A stretch of 24,552 bases of DNA from Cladosporium halotolerans. Lineage: Eukaryota. The stretch's first letter is position 1, and the number at the start of each line of letters is the position of its first letter. Shown in pieces: positions 1 to 12,102 of the stretch. The DNA lies in contig NW_027191496.1 in the NCBI RefSeq assembly GCF_011745625.1, positions 124,001 to 148,552 of the forward strand, written 5' to 3'. The position numbers and the translations under genes are program-made. The notes beneath the pieces were generated by a model. It did not search any database and had not been told where the DNA came from. It was given only the letters and a program-made list of their open reading frames with translations.

Positions 1-2388
<2,388 letters not shown>

Positions 2389-2522
2389 TCATGATACATC
2401 GAAACGTTCCTTGGACGAACTCCTTATTGTCAGAACAGGCCAGTGGTATTGGTTGCGCACAGACAACATCCGCAGATCCAATAATAATAGGGCGTTGCTT
2501 GCACCCACGACCAGATCGAGAC

Positions 2523-2759
2523 TCATGTCTCGGCCTCGCTCCGCCGTTTGTTTATAGTCCCTCCAAGGGCCATGCCAACCAATGCGGCGGAAAGTGTTGT
2601 TCCTTTGAAGATGGTCTCGTATTGTTCAGTCTTGATGCGGGTGTTGTAGGGCTGCCTGGATACGCGAAAGAACGCAAGCCCTGTGAAGGAAATCCACGCT
2701 GCGAAGAGCAAGTGGTATCGGTACGCCGACACAAAAGTTTCCGACGAATCTCGAGGCAT
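2523..2759 (-). CDS. Small two-helix membrane protein (78 aa), divergent HIG1/Rcf2-C-terminal-like
   Basis: ATG with A at -3. Two hydrophobic segments (LLFAAWISFTGLAFF; TTLSAALVGMALGG). The pattern RY...W...G.A...V.R.PY....K..Q......G.TL resembles the HIG1 domain of fungal Rcf2 as I recall it. Confidence 0.55.
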   Translation of the reverse strand: MPRDSSETFVSAYRYHLLFAAWISFTGLAFFRVSRQPYNTRIKTEQYETIFKGTTLSAALVGMALGGTINKRRSEAET

Positions 2760-3785
2760 GATACCGCTTCAAGCAAATACCGTTCCCAGATAGACAGTTG
2801 AGAACAAATGGGTATATTGTATCAGTCTGCTCGGTTCCTCTGCATGACGTCTGAGGTTGTAGGGCACATTCTTGGCGCTGGCCTTATTGTAACGTTCGAT
2901 GATCCGTCTTCTACGTCAACCAGTATGCGATACTTGCAATCTGCGTCTTTGGACTTCTCTGGTCCCAGGAGCGCTGCCTGGTGTTTGGACGTACCGAATA
3001 TTGGCGCCCTCGCCTGCAGATACTGCGTTGTAAAACGCGCCAGTCCCTTCGAACTGCGCCCACGCCAACTCAAAATCCCGTGTCTGGATGAGGAGAGTCA
3101 ATTTCCATTCAACGCCCCGAGAGACGACCATGGTGTAACTATCTAGAAAAGTAAATTCATGGATGTCTGAATCGTGACCTCGGTCGCTGGAATGCCATCG
3201 TCGCGTCTCCTGCTTGTATCTTTCGGCGAGGCCATCCTCATCTGACGGTGCTGAAGCCGACGTGTAGTACGTCACGTTGTTTGGACCAGAAGGGTTAAAT
3301 GGGCCGTCCAAGGACCGTGTGCGAACCTCGGCCTCGGCTCAGTCCTGACAGCAACATCTCATCACACCGAAAATCGGCAAATTGACATCTTGGCCCAGAT
3401 GCAGCGCACGGTTTGCGCAACATCACCGCGCTAACCTCCGCTTCGGCTTCAACCCAGGCCGGTGGCGGCGGCTGAAACGAGCTCCGTGAGAGCCTCGAGA
3501 TGCCGACTGGATGATGCTACTCGTGGCGTGTCTAGACTACCACTGTCATCTTTGAGGAAAACGCGGTGGTACTTTGGACGCTCGCCCCTAGACACATGGA
3601 GTGCTACCCTCCGTGCTAGGCTATCCACCATATCAGCGAGCCATCATGCTGATGACGCCACGGCACAGGACACGAGGTACAAATTAATAAAATTTCTCCG
3701 TCTCAGCATTGATGTGGACTCGGCATCAACACCTTCGACACACTCGAAGCATATTATTCGTGGTAAACAGGTGGTATTCCGTCTG

Positions 3786-4026
3786 GCGGGGTCATTCAAG
3801 CGCTATTTGTTTTAGCCGGTTCTACCACACTTTCGGATAATGCTGCTGGCCGATCTTTTTGCGAGCGCGGAGTGTGCACGAACCTGGTGTTCCTGTCGAA
3901 TGAGGCTAACGTCCTGTATATCTGACACGGCGACAGTGTTCTAGTCTGGGGCTTAGTGGTACACTCGCTCCTGGCCTCAGAGTTCTAAGCGAGGCTGAGG
4001 CCTCTATCATAACCAAGCATATATAA
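3786..4026 (+). promoter_or_regulatory. GH62 promoter: XlnR/AraR-like and CreA-like sites plus TATA box
   Basis: GGCTAA at 3904-3909 and on the minus strand at 3812-3817 (CGGCTAAA); GGCTGA at 3993-3998; CGGATAAT at 3834-3841; SYGGRG at 3786-3791, 3867-3872 and 3946-3951; TATATAA at 4020-4026. Confidence 0.55.
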
Positions 4027-4117
4027 GCTCACTGAGTCCCCAATACATCCATTGTTTCGAAACAACCAAGATCGACCGTCCCCAACTCCACATTGTTCCT
4101 TCAAAGAATTCGTTACC

Positions 4118-5104
4118 ATGAGGTTCCAGGAGACCGCTACCAACCTGCTGCTGGGCGGCATTGCTCTGCTGTCCTCCGCAACTGGCGTCGCAGCACAGTG
4201 CGCTCTGCCTTCTACCTACCGCTGGTCGTCCAGCGGTGCCCTTGCCCAACCTAAGTCTGGCTGGGCCAACCTGAAGGACTTCACCGTTGCCCCCTACAAT
4301 GGCCAACACCTGGTGTACGCCACTTTCCACGACACTGGAAGCACTTACGGCTCCATGAACTTCGGCCTATTCAGCGACTGGTCCAAGATGGGCTCCGTCG
4401 CTCAGAACCAGATGAGCCAGGCCGCGGTCGCGCCCACGCTCTTCTTCCATGCTCCGAAGAACATCTGGGTCCTCGCCTACCAGTGGGGTCCAACCAAGTT
4501 CAGCTACAAGACCTCCTCCAACCCAACCAACGCCAACGGCTGGTCCGCAGCGCAGCCTCTCTTCACCGGCTCCATCTCCGGCTCCGACACCGGCCCCATC
4601 GACCAGACCCTCATCGCCGACAGCCAAAACATGTACCTCTTCTTCGCCGGCGACAACGGAAAGATCTACCGCTCGAGCATGCCCCTCGGAAACTTCCCGG
4701 GCAGCTTCGGCTCCGCCTCCACCGTCGTCATGAGCGACACGAAGGCCAACCTCTTCGAGGCCGTGCAGGTCTACACGCTCAAGGGCCAGAATAAGTACCT
4801 CATGCTCGTCGAGGCGATGGGCAGCAACGGCCGCTTTTTCCGCTCCTTCACCGCGACGTCGCTCGGCGGCTCCTGGACCCCGAACGCCGCCACCGAGCAG
4901 AACCCGTTCGCCGGCAAGGCCAACAGCGGCGCCACCTGGACCAACGACATCTCCCACGGCGAGCTCATCCGCGCCAGCAACGACCAGACGTTCACCGTCG
5001 ACCCCTGCAACCTGCAGCTGCTGTACCAGGGCCGCAACCCCAGCATCAACACCGACTACGACAAGCTGCCGTACAGGCCTGGTCTTCTCACCCTCAGGAA
5101 GTAG
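4118..5104 (+). CDS. axhA: Secreted alpha-L-arabinofuranosidase, glycoside hydrolase family 62 (328 aa, no CBM, intronless)
   Basis: Start at ACCATG 4118 with signal peptide [29 protein letters not shown]62 motifs: [12 protein letters not shown]...[56 protein letters not shown]. Confidence 0.96.
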   Translation: MRFQETATNLLLGGIALLSSATGVAAQCALPSTYRWSSSGALAQPKSGWANLKDFTVAPYNGQHLVYATFHDTGSTYGSMNFGLFSDWSKMGSVAQNQMSQAAVAPTLFFHAPKNIWVLAYQWGPTKFSYKTSSNPTNANGWSAAQPLFTGSISGSDTGPIDQTLIADSQNMYLFFAGDNGKIYRSSMPLGNFPGSFGSASTVVMSDTKANLFEAVQVYTLKGQNKYLMLVEAMGSNGRFFRSFTATSLGGSWTPNAATEQNPFAGKANSGATWTNDISHGELIRASNDQTFTVDPCNLQLLYQGRNPSINTDYDKLPYRPGLLTLRK

Positions 5105-5340
5105 AGTATGCGGGCATAGCACGATCGTCAAGCGGGCGGTGGGGCGAAAGAGGTCGCGCAGAACACATTCATTTCGCAGCTTTCTCGTTTTTAACATCAA
5201 TCTCCGACCGTGAGATTTCCATAGCATTCTGAAGAAATTTTTCTTTGACGATCCGTCCACCATTTATCAAATGCTCACTTTTGTCTTGAATTGAGATTCC
5301 GTCTTCATACCTTCCAATCTGCTTGTGATGACTCTATTGC

Positions 5341-6822
5341 CTACTGTTGTGGATAGTATGGCGGAGCCTGCTGCATCTGCTGCTGAGGCAACGGGGTCAT
5401 AGCCTGCTGCTGAAGGTGCGGTTGGTGCTGATACGGGCCCTGCGGTTGGTGCTGGTACTGCGCCTGCGGAACGGACTGCACTTGCGGCGTTGGCGGTTGC
5501 TGGTTATGATAGCCCGGATACGCGAGTTGAGATTGTTGCTGAGGTGGCGGTAGCTGTTGAGGAGCCGGAGTTTGCGGCTGATGGTGGTAGGCCGGATACA
5601 GTTGCTGCTGGGGCAGCTGGTGTGTCATTGGAGTTTGCGGCGGGTGCTGGTATGGCGCTGCGTACTGCTGTGTGGACTGGGGTTGGTGGTAAGGATAGTT
5701 GAAATTGTGAGCCTGCACTTGAGCTGGAGGTGTATACGTGGGCTGTGCGACTTGGACAGGGTACGATTGGACTGGCTGTTGGTGGGCCTGTTGTGGGTAA
5801 GGCAGCTGTGGAGGCGATTGAGGCCGCGGAGATGGATACGGGTATGCCACTGCTTGCGATGGTGTCGAAGGAGGGCCCTCGATCTGCTTCTGCTGAGGCG
5901 GTGCCTCGATCGCTTGCTGAGATGGCTGTGATTTCTGGGAAGCCTTGCTGGCCAAATGAGCTTTGACGAAGTCGTCCCTCTTGCCCTCGCGGATCTCGGT
6001 TGCCTTCTTTTGCGCTTGTTCGAGCGAGCAGCCCATGCCGCCTGAAGTCGTGAGGAGCTCCAGGAAATCGTTGGCAGTCTCATATCTCTGAGCCACTGTC
6101 ACATCGCTTGCCGTGTTCGTGGATGTAGTCGAAGTCGTCGTAGTAGCTGTAGTGGCTGTCGTAGATGTTGTTGCAGGCTTGCTTGCCTTGTTCGCCAAAT
6201 GCATCTTGACCAATTCATCCCTCTGGCCTTCGCGGATCTCAGTGGCCTTTTGCTGCGCTTGCTCGAGGGTGCAACCCATACCACCGGAGGCTGTAAGCTG
6301 CTGCAAGAAGTCATTGGCAGTCTCATATCTCTGGGCCACGGTGACGTCGCTAGCTGCCGTTGTGGCTGTAGAGGAAGTCGGTGTCGTGGTAGTGGTCTCA
6401 GTGATCTCCTGCACGCGACCATCATCGCCTGCGCCCAGCTGCTTATTCATATCAAGCATACGGTCTGTCAAGGCCTCCAATTCCCCCTTAGCCATTCCGT
6501 TGTGTCCCTGTTGCAGCATACCGAGGAGCATACTGCGCTGGTCAGCGACACAAAAATTTCCGCCTCCGAGCATCTGCTGCCATTGATGCCAGATGGTGTA
6601 ATCGCAATGGTCCATCCAGCCCATGTATCCAGCCCAGTGACTGTGAAAGCCGGCCCAGCCACTGAAGTAACCCATAGGTCTGGGGACCATCGGCCCATAC
6701 CCATAACCATAGCTGACCACGCCGCCCATGGGAGGAGGGTAAATGCCATAGCCGAATGACCGCTCGCGGACAGTTCGACCTCTCATGTATCCGCCGCCAC
6801 CGAATGAAGCGTACCCAAACAT
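5341..6822 (-). CDS. Hypothetical low-complexity protein: G/Y/M/W-rich N-terminus, two 81-aa repeats, Q/P/Y-rich C-terminus
   Basis: Long open frame with first ATG at 6822 (the ORF track uses a TTG at 6828). The internal repeats keep the amino-acid sequence while differing at many third codon positions, which supports coding status. Confidence 0.75.
   Translation of the reverse strand: MFGYASFGGGGYMRGRTVRERSFGYGIYPPPMGGVVSYGYGYGPMVPRPMGYFSGWAGFHSHWAGYMGWMDHCDYTIWHQWQQMLGGGNFCVADQRSMLLGMLQQGHNGMAKGELEALTDRMLDMNKQLGAGDDGRVQEITETTTTTPTSSTATTAASDVTVAQRYETANDFLQQLTASGGMGCTLEQAQQKATEIREGQRDELVKMHLANKASKPATTSTTATTATTTTSTTSTNTASDVTVAQRYETANDFLELLTTSGGMGCSLEQAQKKATEIREGKRDDFVKAHLASKASQKSQPSQQAIEAPPQQKQIEGPPSTPSQAVAYPYPSPRPQSPPQLPYPQQAHQQPVQSYPVQVAQPTYTPPAQVQAHNFNYPYHQPQSTQQYAAPYQHPPQTPMTHQLPQQQLYPAYHHQPQTPAPQQLPPPQQQSQLAYPGYHNQQPPTPQVQSVPQAQYQHQPQGPYQHQPHLQQQAMTPLPQQQMQQAPPYYPQQ
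5938..6400 (-). repeat. Two diverged in-frame direct repeats, period 243 bp (81 aa)
   Basis: ttggcagtctcatatctctg occurs at 6071 and 6314. Protein unit: T-rich linker + ASDVTVAQRYETANDFL..LT.SGGMGC.LEQAQ.KATEIREG.RD..VK.HLA.KAS. Confidence 0.9.
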
Positions 6823-8726
6823 ATTCAAGGCCTTTCCGAGGGACCAGGAGCCTGGATTCGTTGTTTTTCAACTATTGATGTCTCAACGATGAATTAGGGG
6901 TTCTTTCGCTGCTGCCTGCGGCAACCCTGAAGTGATGATGCGAAAACGAGCAAGAAGTCCTGAGAAGTGGAAAGAAAGGATAGGAAGTGGACATTGGTAA
7001 CGGACTGTGTCAACCTCCTGTTTAATGGTACGCCATTGCTGCCACAGTGGTCACTGGGAACCTGTCTTTTAATGCTGGAAGATTGACCCATGTTGGAGTC
7101 ATACTCATGAGCCTCATGTATGCAATGGTCAGAGAGTGCATGCAATTCCCTGTCAGTGTATGTTGGAGGCCGTGCTCCACGACGATGTCCGAGGATGTCG
7201 ACCGATCAATTTCAGCATTGGTATCGACTCTCTTGAAGATCGCACGAGCTGAGAGATTGAAGATCCAGCAAGCTCCGCTACGTTTCCTCAATGGACCGCC
7301 AGAGGAAGACTCTCTGTATGACAAGATTCGAGTTGGAATTTCAGAGAGCCTTTGTCCCTGGGTTCATTCGGCGTAAGTGCGAAATCTCACGGATGACAGT
7401 CACGCTTTGACGAACCCTGACGTAGCCAGCCATGACACTTTTGATCATTTGACTGAATGGTCAACACATACAGTAGGACGACGTCCAGCCATTGATCGAC
7501 GTCATGTTCTCCCAGCCTTACCCCTATTCGACGTCAGGTTGGCCTGGATTTCTTCACGCATGCCTCCAAGGGATCGTGCGACAGGCGTCGAAGACTGAAG
7601 CGTCGGGCTAGCAGCCGGCCGTTCCATGCCGTGGTGGAGCGGCGCCGTTCTGGGAGCTTACGGTAAGTATTTCAAAGATACTCCAAGGGTGCTCCCTAGC
7701 TAGCTGGAAGCGTGCAGTCTGCGACAACAGGCCTAACGGTAAAGCGACTGGCGATCTGAAGATAGCGATAGTCCACCGAGTTCTGTGACGGGGGATCGCG
7801 TGCTCAAACAGCCGACAAAGGTTAGGTTGTACGACATCATTGACCCGGCGTGTCAGTGCGTTTCTGCAAATTCCTAGCTGTCCCGCGTCTTGCGCTTTGG
7901 CGGCTATTGTTGTATGACGCAGTGAATGGGAAGCGTGCGGCGTCGGGGAAAAGGGGGATGGACGAGGTGGCAGCAAGCTTGATGATGTTGGTTTATCGAG
8001 CTGGCCTTTAGCGAGGTCTTGACAGTGGGCCGCAGTCAATAATGAGGCTCCTGAGGCACAAACTGAAGATAAACTCATATGTGTCAGTAATGGAGATAGT
8101 CGGGGCGCTGGCATCGGCGACGGCGAAATCAGCGACCAAGCGCAAACGGTGGTGGTGCCTGATGAAACACCAACACACGCCGACCCTGCCGAGCGTCTGC
8201 CGCCCAAAAGAACCAGCGCGCCCGCCCACTCGGGCGTACCGATGTACTTCACCTTTCCGTCCTCGCGCCAGGTACACCCCATCCTTTATTGCACACCAAA
8301 ACGGAGACGGCCTCGAGTCCGCGCCGCCTGCCACCGCCCCGCGCCCCCCTATTGTTGCCCACCACCGCGCTGGCACCCCTCCCCTCCCCCTCCAACACGC
8401 GCACGGACCCCCGTTCCACCGCTCGACGAACCGTCACGCTAGGACGAGCCATCCATCCCTGTCTGAGCACTCCTGTGTGGCACCTCTCCGCCCCGCGAGA
8501 GCGAGAGCGCCAGCCGTACTTTGTTCTGCGACACATCCCGTGCCTGCGCTGCACACAGCCCTTCCGGTCAGAGCCAGCAACGCAGCGCCGCCCGTCACCA
8601 CCAGGCCACCTCCCAGCACGCGGGAGCGAGCGCATACCACGGCTCTCGGCCGGCGACTAGGATACGCTCGCTCGTCCACCGTCCGCCAGAGCACCGCGGC
8701 GCCAATACGCGCGTGAGCCCGCAGCC

Positions 8727-11406
8727 ATGGCGCAACAGAACCCGTACGTCGCACCCGTGTGGACTGGAGTCATTCGAGTCGTGACATCCATTGATCTACG
8801 AGACCTGGTCGCGCTGTCGCTGGGCGCATGTCAGCGAGTGTGACATGTTGAGCGCAAGTACGCGACTCCAGTATGTGTGCTGACCGTGCCCCTTCTCCAG
8901 AGTCTACCGACCAGATCAGTTCTTGGCTACGCGAGAAGCGCCCCGTCCACCGACCGACCGACCAAAGGTGTCCCTCACGCCACAAGTTTACATGACCCCT
9001 GGAAACCCCAACCTCAACAGCTATGGCTCGAGTCCCGGTGGATTTAGTCGCTCGGACACAAGCTTGGGCGGCGAGAACCCTATCATCAAGGATGGATTCG
9101 CCAAAGTCAAAGAGGAAGGCGCTGGATTCATGAGACAATTCTGGAACGAACGTTTCCTGATCCTTCGCGAGAAACAGCTGGATTTCTACAAGAACAACAC
9201 CACCACAAAAGTGTCCTTGACCATTTACCTACGCGACATCTCCAACGTAACCCGCTCGGACAACTACCCCTTCAGCATCGAGTTGACCAGGGAAGGCAGC
9301 AAGCAGTGGATCTTGAAGTTTGAAACCGACAATGATGTGTACGGATGGATGGACGGAATCTACGACCGCTGCCCTAGCATGGGCGGCGTATCCCACCCCA
9401 CGGGCTTCGCGCACCGTGTCCATGTAGGCTTTGATCCGGTTACTGGAGGCTTTGTTGGATTGCCAGTGGAGTGGGAGCGACTGCTGAAAGGCTCAGCATT
9501 GACCAAGGACGACATGGCCAAGAACCCTCAAGCCGTCATGGAAGTTCTGCAGTTCTATAGCGACAAACTTGCTCCCAGAGCTCAGGACCCGTCGAGCTAC
9601 CCATCGCTTACCCCTACTCCGCCTGTAGACAGTGGCAGGGAGAAGCAGCTAGGATACTCGGCTGGGACGAGCATTGCGCCACCCCGTCAGCAGACGCCTG
9701 GCTTCCAGCGACAGGATAGCTATGGTCCTTCGAGAACTGGCACGCCCGGTGCGCAAATGGACAATGGCTACGGACCTCCCAAGCGGGCAGACACCGCACC
9801 CCAGTATGGCCAAGATCAGCAAAGAGCCGAGCAGGAGCGCAGGAGGAAACAAGATGAAGACAGGCGACGCGCAGAAGCTGACCGACAGCGTGCTGATGAA
9901 GAAGAACGCAGACGGCGGCAAGAACAAGAGGATCGTGAATACAACGATTCACTACCGAAGACTCGTGTCCCACTGGCGAAGCAAGAGCTCGGTGGTGGGT
10001 ACGGTTCAGACAGCAGCGATGCTCAGGCGGGCAGATACAATGCGACGAGGCCCGCGCCCCCGGCACCCACAGGTAGTAAGACTGCCAACATGCCAATTCG
10101 TAGCCTGCAAGCACAGAGACCAGCCCCATCGCCACCCGGACAACAGAACGGAACCTCTCCTCAAAGGGCACCTGCATCGAACGGATCCTCACCATATGGG
10201 GCCAAGCAGCCATCTCCCGCAAATGGACAGCAGGCATCGCCGCATACTCGCAAGGCTTCCGGCGCTCAGAAAGACCAGGCCGCTGTCAAGCCGCTTAATG
10301 TCGCCACGAAGCAGCCGACAGGCGCTCCCAAAGACCACCACAAGCAGACAGAGGCTGCGCTCACGAAGAAGGATCCCAATGAGAAACCGAAGGAGGCGCG
10401 CATGAGCGCCATGTCCGACGCACAGGTGATGGAGCGTCTGCGATCCGTGGTCAACCTTTCAAACCCGCTGGAGAGCTACAACAAGCAGAAGAAGATCGGC
10501 CAGGGTGCCTCTGGATCGGTGTACGTCGCACGCATTCGTGAAAACGCCCCTAGCCGGACTGCTCAAGAGATCCTGCGCATGAACGGCCCTAGGGCACAGG
10601 TTGCCATCAAGCAGATGGACCTGCGCAGCCAGCCTCGAAAGGAACTCATTGTGAACGAGATTATTGTTATGAAGGAAAGCAGACATGACAACATTGTCAA
10701 CTTCCTCGACGCCTTCTTACAAGAAGACACCTTCGAGCTGTGGGTGGTGATGGAATTCATGGAGGGTGGTGCGCTGACGGACGTGATCGACAACAATGCT
10801 TCGATCACCGAGGATCAAATCGCGACCATCTGCTACGAGGTACGTCCCAAAACCCCCAATACTGACTGACGCCCACGCTAACACAATCTCTAGACATGCA
10901 AGGGTCTCATGCACCTGCACGCCCAGAACATCATCCACAGAGACATCAAGTCCGACAACGTCCTCCTCTCCTCCCGCGGCAACGTCAAAATCACAGACTT
11001 CGGCTTCTGCGCCAAGCTCACCGAGCAGCGCTCCAAGCGCGCCACCATGGTCGGCACGCCCTACTGGATGGCGCCCGAGGTCGTCAAGCAGAAGGAGTAC
11101 GGCTCTAAGGTCGACATCTGGTCCCTGGGTATCATGGCCATCGAGATGATCGAGTCCGAGCCCCCCTACCTCAACGAAGAGCCCCTCAAGGCCCTCTACC
11201 TGATCGCCACGAACGGCACGCCCAGGCTGAAGAAGCCGGAGAAGCTGTCGAAGGAGCTGAAGGCTTTCCTCAGCGTGTGTCTTTGCGTGGACGTCAAGAG
11301 CCGCGCGACGGCGGAGGAGCTGGGCAGGCACGATTTCCTGCAGCACGGATGCAGCATTGCCAGCCTCAGCGAGCTGCTTCGGTTCAGGAAGGGCAGCGGA
11401 CACTAA
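8727..11406 (+). CDS. cla4: PAK-family Ser/Thr kinase Cla4 (PH + CRIB + kinase); join(8727..8743,8901..10839,10894..11406), 822 aa
   Basis: PH domain ([11 protein letters not shown]...[10 protein letters not shown]...WMDGIY), CRIB ([16 protein letters not shown]), kinase motifs [36 protein letters not shown]. The PH domain distinguishes Cla4 from Ste20. Both introns restore the reading frame. Confidence 0.95.
8744..8900 (+). other. Spliceosomal intron 1 of cla4 (157 nt)
   Basis: GTACGT donor, GCTGAC branch at 8879-8884, CTCCAG acceptor; joins MAQQNP to VYRPDQF in frame. Confidence 0.8.
10840..10893 (+). other. Spliceosomal intron 2 of cla4 (54 nt)
   Basis: GTACGT donor, GCTAAC branch, TAG acceptor; joins ICYE to TCKGLMHLH and removes an in-frame stop. 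Confidence 0.95.
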
Positions 11407-12102
11407 TGGTAAGGTAAGATCTCACATGGCGCGGTAGAGGGATAGGGATAAGGTGTCGGGCAGCGAAGGAGAGCCACACGAAAGAGCGCGAGGAGCCCGC
11501 TCCGCTACGTAACAAACGAAATGATACCACGGCCGCCTTTGTTGTTTTTTGCTCTGCTTCGCGAAAGATGAATCGCACTTTTTTGGACGAACAAAAACGA
11601 TCGGCAGCCGGGAATCAATTCTGCTTTTTCTTTTCTGATTCTGGGAGGAGGCGGTGCCGGATTTACGCTTCTTGCCGACCTTTGTTCTATTTTGATGCAC
11701 TTCTTTCCGAGGCGCTTGCGATGATGGATTTGGGGTTTCTTTTCGGTGATACCTTGAATGGGGACTTGGTTCGTTTGGTGTTGGGGGTTGAGGATAGAAC
11801 AATGAAAGTACGGCGTTATTTTATATGGAGTGTGTGAGATCGAGCACTGATATGCGTGAGTGCTGTTGCGAAGTACCTGCGCCTCACTCGCCCTGTTCCA
11901 TCATCTACTGGTGTGCTATAATTGGAATGATTGGCGACTTACTATGAAGCCCATGTGCCATCGGATTAGACTTTCGTGGCCCATGCGCGCAACTAGGGCC
12001 TGGGTTGGCCTGAGGGTTCCTTCCCGTCTACACATCGATAACTACACATCACCTTTTACAATCTTGATTATTAATCCCCTTTCTCATGTCAAGACCGCAC
12101 CG

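Noticed and set aside
2916..3311. 131-aa minus-strand ORF with a DIHEF segment faintly like fungal arylsulfotransferase DLHEF
   Set aside because: TTG start and only a 5-residue resemblance; no gene model could be built. At most a decayed fragment.
4052..4117. N-terminal extension of the GH62 ORF from a TTG
   Set aside because: The signal peptide begins at the ATG at 4118 in good context; the upstream part is 5' UTR.
4367..5263. 298-aa ORF antisense to the GH62 gene
   Set aside because: Expected by-product of strong C-ending codon bias; no recognisable features.
7022..8784. Several overlapping 100-224-aa ORFs on both strands
   Set aside because: GC-rich divergent promoter/leader region with R/P/A-rich translations and no motifs.
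10717..11403. 228-aa ORF antisense to the Cla4 kinase domain
   Set aside because: Codon-bias shadow ORF.
11860..12102. 81-aa N-terminal extension of the MGMT ORF
   Set aside because: Non-ATG start and UTR-like composition; the ATG at 12103 immediately precedes the domain. An in-frame ATG at 11944 cannot be fully excluded.
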